A stretch of 20,000 nucleotides of DNA. Origin: an uncultured Clostridia bacterium. Its GTDB lineage: Bacteria; CAYTYR01; UBA6262. A program made the translations under genes and the position numbers. This document shows positions 1-6,113 of the stretch, in pieces. The notes beneath the pieces are model-generated. The model did no database searches and had not been told where the DNA came from. It worked only from the letters and a program-made list of their open reading frames with translations. The stretch is from contig CAYTYR010000001.1 in assembly GCA_964441745.1 (NCBI GenBank), positions 110,754 through 130,753 on the forward strand, in the 5' to 3' direction. How positions within the stretch are numbered: the stretch's first letter is position 1; every line of letters starts with the position of its first letter.

Positions 1-1
1 T

Positions 2-250
2 CTTTTTACCAATACCCGGGGCGAGATTACCGAGGGCGCCAGATCCAACATCTTCATTAAAAATGGTTCCAGGTTTTACACACCCCCTGTGCGGTGCGGA
101 TTATTACCCGGAGTATACCGTGAATATTTTATGCGGCGGCAGAAGAGTTCAGTAAAAGAAAAAATACTCTACTTAGAAGACCTGTATTCCGCCAACGCGA
201 TCTTTCTTACTAATGCCGTTCGTGGTCTGGTACAAGTAACAATTGACTGA
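2..250 (+). CDS. 3' end (partial) of a PLP-dependent class IV aminotransferase domain (4-amino-4-deoxychorismate lyase-like, possibly a PabB-PabC fusion)
   Basis: Frame +2 is open from the window edge: LFTNTRGEITEGARSNIFIK...YTPPVRCGLLPGVYRE...IFLTNAVRGLVQVTID*, TGA at 248-250. EG.RSNIF, GLLPG..R and FLTN..RG are fold-type IV motifs. Missing from the ORF track. Confidence 0.88.
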   Translation, partial: LFTNTRGEITEGARSNIFIKNGSRFYTPPVRCGLLPGVYREYFMRRQKSSVKEKILYLEDLYSANAIFLTNAVRGLVQVTID

Positions 251-301
251 TATATGCCTCTGATCTTATTTTAACTTCATACATTTATAATGCCTCAGTA
301 A

Positions 302-517
302 ACACCGCAGATAAAAAATGACTGGATCGCGATGTACCGCAAACCCAGTCAGCTCTCATCTTATATCTTATTTGACTTAAAAATAACTCGGCAGTTCAGT
401 CCAAATTGGACAGCTTACTTTTCTGGCACAAACTTGCTGAATACCTGCTATGAAGAAATTCCCGGCCTTCCCCGCCCCGGCCGCTGGCTCCTCGCCGGAG
501 TGCAATATGAGCTTTAA
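302..517 (+). pseudogene. C-terminal remnant of a TonB-dependent (BtuB-like) outer-membrane receptor
   Basis: LFDLKITRQF...YFSGTNLLNTCYEEIPGLPRPGRWLLAGVQYEL* matches the TBDR C-terminal pattern NL...Y...PGR...G..Y.(F/L). In-frame stops lie upstream; there is no RBS, signal peptide or plug domain. Confidence 0.7.
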
Positions 518-536
518 ATCAATATGTTTTGTTTTT

Positions 537-570
537 AATCGGTGTAATCTTTCTTGTAATCTGTGTAATC
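537..570. repeat. Right half of the GATTACAC(A/C)GATT repeat element: AATCGGTGTAATC-N8-AATCTGTGTAATC
   Basis: 13-mers at 537-549 and 558-570 with a 21-bp period, the same arrangement as 6075-6108. Confidence 0.85.
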
Positions 571-577
571 GTACTTA

Positions 578-1738
578 TTAAAAGCTTGGCTCTATACAGA
601 AGATCCGATATTTGAACTTGCTCATTCCCTGCCAGACGCCTCTCATGAAATGCCAATTGGATAAATATTTAATCTTGAACCAGTATAATAACTTGCTTTT
701 GGGCTCCCAAAAGAAGCACCAGTAGAAGAACCGGTAAGCAAAAAATACAAATAATAGTAATAGGATCATCAACCAGCCGCCACCGGCCCAAGTCGCTGTT
801 CCAGCAAATAATTTCACGATCAAACTGATCAAGGCAATGATCGTGGCCAGGCCGGCAATATGCATCATCTGGAAATTGCCAAAATAAACGAATCCTTTAA
901 TGGGAAAAGGTATCTTGATCCGCGGACAGGATTTTAGGAATTGGAATACCAGTTCAAAATGATTGGTAGCGTATTTATCCAGCAGGGCTAAATGCCCCTT
1001 GGAATAACTGGCCCAAACTTTATACAGGGCCGCATCTGTGGCCCGGTGCATATGATCCACGCTGGCTTTTGGCGCAAAGAAAGCTTTCCAGCCGTCTTTT
1101 TTGATCTTTAAGCCGAATTCTATATCTTCGCCAGTCGGCAGATCCCAAAAGCGAGCTTTGGCGCGTTCTACAGCTACCCGGCGGAAGGCCACGTTGGCCG
1201 TAACCATGAAGTAAGCCCGGTGGCCGCATATTTCGGTGGGAGACCTATCTGACATCGGCGGGAAATAACTTTCCCCGATGCCGCCATAACGCCAACTGAC
1301 ATTGTTAAAACCAAAATATTCACAAAAAGCTTCTACTAAATTATCTTTTTCTACCCGGATCGTCTTGATTTCCCCGCCGACAATGCCTATTTCCGGATCC
1401 TCGCGGAAATGCTTAAGCATTTCATGGATCCAATTTTTGGTCGGCGCACAGTCCCCGTCAGTGAAGAACAGGTATTCGCCCTGCGCCACATCCAGGGCTT
1501 TATTGCGGGCATATCCAGGAGAAGGGCAATTCGGGACATCCACTAATTTAATAAAGGGATATTTTTTTTGCCAGGTCTTAATGATCTCCACGGTTTTATC
1601 AGTACTGCCGCCGTCGGCAATAACTATCTCCATCCGCTCCCGGGGATAGTCCACGCCAAAAAGATATTCGAAAGTCTTTTCCAGTGTTCTTTCCGCGTTC
1701 TTCACCGGAATAATGATGGAAATCATCGGATCTTTCAT
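578..1738 (-). CDS. Glycosyltransferase family 2 (GT-A fold) with C-terminal transmembrane segments
   Basis: ISIIIPVKN, IVIADGGSTD, YARNKAL, FFTDGDC (DxD), TANVAFRR and GED motifs; hydrophobic C-terminus; GAGGAGG RBS upstream. Confidence 0.92.
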   Translation of the reverse strand: MKDPMISIIIPVKNAERTLEKTFEYLFGVDYPRERMEIVIADGGSTDKTVEIIKTWQKKYPFIKLVDVPNCPSPGYARNKALDVAQGEYLFFTDGDCAPTKNWIHEMLKHFREDPEIGIVGGEIKTIRVEKDNLVEAFCEYFGFNNVSWRYGGIGESYFPPMSDRSPTEICGHRAYFMVTANVAFRRVAVERAKARFWDLPTGEDIEFGLKIKKDGWKAFFAPKASVDHMHRATDAALYKVWASYSKGHLALLDKYATNHFELVFQFLKSCPRIKIPFPIKGFVYFGNFQMMHIAGLATIIALISLIVKLFAGTATWAGGGWLMILLLLFVFFAYRFFYWCFFWEPKSKLLYWFKIKYLSNWHFMRGVWQGMSKFKYRIFCIEPSF

Positions 1739-1750
1739 TACTACCTCCTC

Positions 1751-1789
1751 TAAAATGACTGCCAGGATTTTAAAAGAAGATTACACAGA
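1751..1789. repeat. Degenerate left half of the GATTACACAGATT repeat element
   Basis: taaaatgactgccaggattttaaaagaagattacacaga aligns with 6021-6058 taaaatgattacacagattttaaagaagattacacaga. Confidence 0.8.
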
Positions 1790-1802
1790 GGGAACCAAGC
1801 TT

Positions 1803-1831
1803 ATATTATCAAAATAGGCCTCAGTAGTCAA
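1803..1831 (-). promoter_or_regulatory. Putative sigma70 promoter for the GT2 gene
   Basis: TTGACT (1831-1826), 17 nt spacer, TAATAT (1808-1803). Confidence 0.5.
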
Positions 1832-1861
1832 CCAATTTAGTACTGACAACAACTAACCGGG

Positions 1862-1914
1862 AAAACAAAACCGGGTACAAAATTACATTTATATTGTAAC
1901 TTTTGTACCCGGTT
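1862..1914 (-). terminator. Intrinsic terminator of the rrf2 / glycyl-loop / SOR operon
   Basis: Long stem aaccgggtacaaaa-ttaca...tgtaa-c-ttttgtacccggtt (1869-1914) running into TTTTGTTTT on the minus strand. Confidence 0.8.
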
Positions 1915-1959
1915 AATATTAGTTTGTTCTCTACCACTTTATCACTCTATCACTAGTGC

Positions 1960-2397
1960 CTATAACTGTACTTCGGCCATCCATTTCCCATGGACATTGC
2001 AATTTTCAATAGCCGTGACCTGGCCAGCGCCTGATTTAAAATGAATACTGACGACAGGATTAATCTTTTCTGCCGCCAGATGGTACCTGGCCACCCATTT
2101 ATAATCCTGGTAAACATCGATCCACATGATCCAGTGTTTGGCCTCCATCACATGCAGGATTTCTCCTATTTTAATGTTAACATCCACACACCCCGGCGCC
2201 AAGCTGCATTGTTTATTTACGGTAAATACCGGGACATGTTTCTTATCCCCTTCAGTCAAATTCTTCGGGTCAGCTGGTTTTTTCAACGCATTGGCATCTT
2301 CTGTAAAAGCTTTTTTAGGCGCTCCGCAGACCGGGCATTTTTCCGGCGCCTCGCCAAATTCTATATGCCCGCACATCCCACAGACAAACATCTTCAT
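1960..2397 (-). CDS. sor: Superoxide reductase (neelaredoxin/desulfoferrodoxin catalytic domain) with an N-terminal rubredoxin-like domain
   Basis: N-terminal CGMC...CPVC of the rubrerythrin C-terminal rubredoxin type; SOR ligands KHVP, HVM..KHWIMWI and CNVHG. Confidence 0.9.
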   Translation of the reverse strand: MKMFVCGMCGHIEFGEAPEKCPVCGAPKKAFTEDANALKKPADPKNLTEGDKKHVPVFTVNKQCSLAPGCVDVNIKIGEILHVMEAKHWIMWIDVYQDYKWVARYHLAAEKINPVVSIHFKSGAGQVTAIENCNVHGKWMAEVQL

Positions 2398-2409
2398 ACC
2401 ATCCCCCTC

Positions 2410-2730
2410 TTATTTAACCGCGTAATCACCTTTACGCCGGTCGTCAAGTTCTCCCAGTTTGGATTTATTCCAATTGCTGGTTTTGCTGTAGTATCCGACG
2501 ATCCTGGTAATATGGTCTATGACCCTGGCTTCTCCGCCATCTAAGACCCGCTTCAAATTAAGCCAGTCATAATTCAAAATACTATCAACGGCAATCTTAT
2601 ACTTTTGGCTATCCTTGGTATTGAGTACCACCACATAGTCATCTTTGCTGGCCCCGCTGTGATCCTCGGCTACGAGTTGTAAATATCCGCTCTTCTCGAT
2701 TTCATCGACAAAGTTCTGGATATCCTGCAT
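2410..2730 (-). CDS. Small protein carrying only the C-terminal glycyl-radical segment of class III ribonucleotide reductase (NrdD-like)
   Basis: HITRIVGYYSKTSNWNKSKLGELDDRR matches the NrdD tail R(I/V)xGY....WN..K..E..DR. Strong RBS (AAGGGGGTG); 106 aa with no cysteines. Confidence 0.85.
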   Translation of the reverse strand: MQDIQNFVDEIEKSGYLQLVAEDHSGASKDDYVVVLNTKDSQKYKIAVDSILNYDWLNLKRVLDGGEARVIDHITRIVGYYSKTSNWNKSKLGELDDRRKGDYAVK

Positions 2731-2760
2731 GTTTTCACCCCCTTTTAAATTTTATTTAAA

Positions 2761-3186
2761 TTATTCTTCTGCCTGGACCCGGGCTTTAACTAATGCCGCC
2801 AGAGTCACCTTATGAAGAGCCTGATCGATATTCTTTTGTACCTGGCGCAACTGCTTATGGATCGGGCACTGCCTAATCCGGGAACAGCGTCCATGTTCGA
2901 TAAAACAACGGTTAACCGCAAACCCGCCCTGGGCTATTTCCATTATTTCCCCTAAAGATAATTTATTCATTTCCCGGTGCAGTGAATACCCGCCGCCAAA
3001 ACGGCCGCGGTGTGATTTAATTATATCCCGGCGCTGCAGCTTCTGCAGGATCTTATGTAAATAAACTAAAGGCACATCTTCACTAGCCGCCAAATCCTTG
3101 GCGAAAATTATATGGCCCTTTTTATACTGGCCCATTAAGGTCAGGACCCGCAGGGCATAATCCGTATTTCTCCTGATCAGTTCCAT
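2761..3186 (-). CDS. Rrf2-family transcriptional regulator with three C-terminal Cys (probable Fe-S cluster)
   Basis: TDYALRVL, YLHKILQKL, SHRGRFGGGYSL wing and C-x6-C-x5-C (NRCFIEHGRCSRIRQCPIH). Confidence 0.93.
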   Translation of the reverse strand: MELIRRNTDYALRVLTLMGQYKKGHIIFAKDLAASEDVPLVYLHKILQKLQRRDIIKSHRGRFGGGYSLHREMNKLSLGEIMEIAQGGFAVNRCFIEHGRCSRIRQCPIHKQLRQVQKNIDQALHKVTLAALVKARVQAEE

Positions 3187-3218
3187 TTATTCCTTTCTGC
3201 CTTGTCTTATACAGGACT

Positions 3219-3247
3219 ATAATAATCTTATATAAAAAAATTGTCAA
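3219..3247 (-). promoter_or_regulatory. Sigma70 promoter of the rrf2 operon
   Basis: TTGACA (3247-3242), 17 nt spacer, TATTAT (3224-3219). An imperfect palindrome GTCCTGTATAAGAC lies just downstream (3217-3204). Confidence 0.75.
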
Positions 3248-3255
3248 GTAAAATC

Positions 3256-4443
3256 TTATTTATTCTTAAAATACTTCTCCAGAACCCTGCTTAATTTCTG
3301 GTTTTTAACAAAGTTCTCTGTTTGCCAGGAAACAGCCATCTCTTTTTTCCGTTTGGGCCATTCTGTGGCAAATGTTTCCACTCCCGTGGTCTTACTCCAA
3401 CGGTTGATCCACGACGGATTATCCAAGTATTGGTAAATACCATCAGGGAAAAGTCCCCCGGCCACCGCCTTATAGGTCCAATAGGTATAATGGATCCCGT
3501 ATTTTTTGAAGATCTCAAGCACATCCCTGACCCAGGCCAGTTCCGTGCCGCAATCAGGACAGCGTGAATTAACCCCGAATTCACCGCAGTATATCGGGAT
3601 CCGATATTTTTGCTGAAATTTAACATAACGCCGCAAGATATTTTCCATTTTATTACGGTTCCAGAGTTCACCGTTTATTTTTCCCGGATAACGCAAATTA
3701 CGGACACAATTAAAGGTAAAATCGCCGGGCAGGTAATAATGAAAACTAAAACCCATTTGACTGTCCCAGGGCTGTCCCAGGAAATCAAATTCCTGCGACC
3801 AGTTATGGCCTTCGACCAAGATAATATGCTGGTCCCCGGCCGCCCTGATGGCTTGAGTGATCTTGACATATGTTTCTTTAATCATCGGCAAGTCAGCGCC
3901 AACAGCTTCGTTTAAGATATCATAAGCGGCAATGACCGGCTCATGCTTATACCGTTGAGCGATCTGGGACCAGAGCTGATAGGTCTGTTCCCGATATTTT
4001 CTCTTTTCCCAAAGGAGAGCTTTACCTTTAGAATCGCTGTGCCAGTCGCCATTCTGCGATCCCGGGGCAGCATGCAGATCCAGAATAATATAGATTTTAT
4101 GCTCTTTGGCCCAAAACAGCGCTTGGTCCAGGAAATGCCACTGTTTTTCTTTTACGATCTTATAATGAAACGGCAGCCTGATACAAGTAGCGCCAAGGTT
4201 ATGAATATGATCAAAATCCTCTTCCTGGATAAAACTACCGCGAAAGGCTTTTTCAAACTGGTCCAGAGCTTTCTTGCCGCTGGCTTTGGCTATCGCCGCT
4301 TTAAAAATATGCTCGGATATATGACGGCCCCCTAAAATATATCCTTCCATCATGAGCCAGCCGCCAAGGTTCACCCCGCGCAGGTTAACCGGCTGGTTTG
4401 CGCGATCAATTATTTTGCCATCCTTAATGCTTAAAAAATCCAT
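3256..4443 (-). CDS. Glycoside hydrolase family 5, 395 aa, no signal peptide (start revised from 4539 to 4443)
   Basis: LRGVNLGGWL, IRLPF, ILDLHAAPGSQ, ILNEA (acid/base), FHYY, CGEFG (nucleophile) and YWTYK. GGAG RBS precedes ATG 4443. The longer ORF start runs through a promoter and a terminator. Confidence 0.92.
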   Translation of the reverse strand: MDFLSIKDGKIIDRANQPVNLRGVNLGGWLMMEGYILGGRHISEHIFKAAIAKASGKKALDQFEKAFRGSFIQEEDFDHIHNLGATCIRLPFHYKIVKEKQWHFLDQALFWAKEHKIYIILDLHAAPGSQNGDWHSDSKGKALLWEKRKYREQTYQLWSQIAQRYKHEPVIAAYDILNEAVGADLPMIKETYVKITQAIRAAGDQHIILVEGHNWSQEFDFLGQPWDSQMGFSFHYYLPGDFTFNCVRNLRYPGKINGELWNRNKMENILRRYVKFQQKYRIPIYCGEFGVNSRCPDCGTELAWVRDVLEIFKKYGIHYTYWTYKAVAGGLFPDGIYQYLDNPSWINRWSKTTGVETFATEWPKRKKEMAVSWQTENFVKNQKLSRVLEKYFKNK

Positions 4444-4479
4444 AGCTGCTCCAGAGGTAATTAGTATGATCATCATTAT

Positions 4480-4509
4480 ATTGTATTGCTTTGCTTTGCT
4501 TCTTGTCAA
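4480..4509 (-). promoter_or_regulatory. Sigma70 promoter of the GH5 gene
   Basis: TTGACA (4509-4504), 18 nt spacer, TACAAT (4485-4480); an overlapping TATAAT sits at 4480-4475. Confidence 0.65.
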
Positions 4510-4554
4510 CAAAAGAAAGACCCATCTAGCTATTTTCATAGCTTAATGGGTCTT
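4510..4554 (-). terminator. Intrinsic terminator downstream of the 55-aa gene
   Basis: Hairpin aagacccat..agctat-tttc-atagct..atgggtctt (4517-4554) followed by TCTTTTG on the minus strand. Confidence 0.75.
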
Positions 4555-4575
4555 GAAAGAGAACATTAATACTTA

Positions 4576-4743
4576 TTATTTCTTTCTTCTGGCAATGGGC
4601 AAACCGGTCTTTTGATTTTCAATTACTTCGAATTCAGCCGGGATCTCTATTGCGCCGTTAGCATCCTTACTAAAATATTGCAAATGCCCTTTCTTGTGAA
4701 AGTAATACGTCACCCCTTTTGAATTGGTGTGAGAATTAGCCAT
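4576..4743 (-). CDS. Small basic hypothetical protein, 55 aa (not in the ORF track)
   Basis: Manual translation: MANSHTNSKGVTYYFHKKGHLQYFSKDANGAIEIPAEFEVIENQKTGLPIARRKK*. It has an AGAGGTG RBS, tandem TAA TAA stops, and its own promoter and terminator. Confidence 0.85.
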   Translation of the reverse strand: MANSHTNSKGVTYYFHKKGHLQYFSKDANGAIEIPAEFEVIENQKTGLPIARRKK

Positions 4744-4789
4744 TGATTTCACCTCTTTTCCCAGTTTTTTTAATATTTACAGCGTTTTT

Positions 4790-4818
4790 ATCATACTCTT
4801 ATGAGGTCTTATTGTCAA
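4790..4818 (-). promoter_or_regulatory. Near-consensus sigma70 promoter of the 55-aa gene
   Basis: TTGACA (4818-4813), 17 nt spacer, TATGAT (4795-4790). Confidence 0.8.
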
Positions 4819-4826
4819 GAATTAAG

Positions 4827-6020
4827 TTAGTCCCGCCAGCCGCGGGAAAATACAGCGCTGGCCAATAGGCAAACGCCCCCTCCCAAACCAACGGCTATGG
4901 GCACGCCGAACCATTCAGCTAAAAGGCCAGCCAGGAAGCTTCCCACAGGGACCATACCCAGGAACATCAGGGTGTAAAATCCCATGACCCGGCCGCGTAA
5001 TTCATCAGGAGTATCTTTTTGCAACAGGTTGTTGATAGTAGCGGTTTGTGTGATCAACCCCCAACCTACACCTACCAGCGCCAATAAAGAGAGCGGAACA
5101 TACTTGGAAAACGCAAAAATTAGCAAGCTGCCACCCAGCGCCATACCGCCCAGTGAAACAAAGCGGCTGCTTTTCGGAGAGTGACTGACGGAGGTCAGGG
5201 AAAGCGCGGCCAGCAATGCTCCACAACCTATCGCCGCTAAAAGCATGCCCAGTCCCTTGGGCCCAATCCGCAGCACATCCCTGGCAAACACAGGCATTAA
5301 TACCATATAACTCATGCCAAACAAACTGGATACGGCAATAAGAACGATCAGGTTCCTTATCTCTTTATTCCGCCAGACATAGCGCGCGCCAGCTAAGGTG
5401 CTTTCTTTGAGTGAATCATGATGTTGGTTCTTTGAAGAAAAATCGCCGCGCATCAGCCATAATCCAGCGATAACTGCCAAAAAGCTGATTCCGTTTAAAT
5501 AAAAACAGGCGGCTACTCCCAGCGCTCCCACAATAAATCCCGCTATTATCGGGCCCACGATCCTGGCGGAATTAAAAATAAGAGAATTCAAGGCTATGGC
5601 ATTGCTCAGATCATCTTTACCTACCATTTCAATGATAAAAGACTGCCTGGCTGGCGAGTCTAAAGCATTAGTTAAACCTGCGGCTCCCGCAATAATAATG
5701 ATCTGCCATAAAGCGACCATTTTTGTGGAAATAAGCACACCCATGGTGAAAGCCAATAACATTTGCACAGTTTGGGTTAAGATTATAAGATTGCGTTTAT
5801 TCAGGCGGTCAGAAATAACTCCGCCAATTAGGGAGAAGAGCAGGATTGGCAAGGAAGCAACCGCATTGACAATACCCATGATAAATGGAGAGTTGGTGAT
5901 TTGCAGTACTAGCCAGCCCTGGGCAATATTTTGCATCCAGGTGCCGGTCAGTGAGACCATTTGTCCAGAAAAGAATAACCGGTAATTATAATGCTTGAGA
6001 GACGAAAAGTATTTCCTCAT
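4827..6020 (-). CDS. MFS transporter (MFS_3 / EntS-like, about 12 TM)
   Basis: NYRLFFSGQMVSLTGTWMQ, GGVISDRLNKR (motif A), FNSARIVGP and PDELRGRVM. Confidence 0.92.
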   Translation of the reverse strand: MRKYFSSLKHYNYRLFFSGQMVSLTGTWMQNIAQGWLVLQITNSPFIMGIVNAVASLPILLFSLIGGVISDRLNKRNLIILTQTVQMLLAFTMGVLISTKMVALWQIIIIAGAAGLTNALDSPARQSFIIEMVGKDDLSNAIALNSLIFNSARIVGPIIAGFIVGALGVAACFYLNGISFLAVIAGLWLMRGDFSSKNQHHDSLKESTLAGARYVWRNKEIRNLIVLIAVSSLFGMSYMVLMPVFARDVLRIGPKGLGMLLAAIGCGALLAALSLTSVSHSPKSSRFVSLGGMALGGSLLIFAFSKYVPLSLLALVGVGWGLITQTATINNLLQKDTPDELRGRVMGFYTLMFLGMVPVGSFLAGLLAEWFGVPIAVGLGGGVCLLASAVFSRGWRD

Positions 6021-6108
6021 TAAAATGATTACACAGATTTTAAAGAAGATTACACAGATTTTTTAAAGGATTATAATCGGTGTAATCTCTTTCGTAATCG
6101 GTGTAATC
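6021..6108. repeat. Intact palindromic intergenic repeat element (REP-like)
   Basis: GATTACACAGATT at 6027-6039 and 6048-6060; inverted AATCGGTGTAATC at 6075-6087 and 6096-6108. Both arms have a 21-bp period, and the element fills nearly the whole intergenic space. Confidence 0.9.
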
Positions 6109-6113
6109 TGCTC

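Noticed and set aside
2410-2730. 106-aa ORF as an nrdD pseudogene fragment
   Set aside because: It has a strong RBS and a clean operon position, with no upstream nrdD remains and no Zn-ribbon Cys. This fits a purpose-built protein better, though decay is not formally excluded.
4486-4500. (TTGCT)x3 in the GH5 promoter spacer as a phase-variation tract
   Set aside because: Three units are too few to support slippage.
4444-4539. N-terminal extension of GH5 as a signal peptide
   Set aside because: The region holds a terminator and a sigma70 promoter, and an RBS precedes ATG 4443.
6021-6108. Repeat cluster as a CRISPR array or integron attC site
   Set aside because: Units are 13 bp with 8-bp spacers in inverted arrangement. 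There are no cas or intI genes and no RYYYAAC/GTTRRRY ends.
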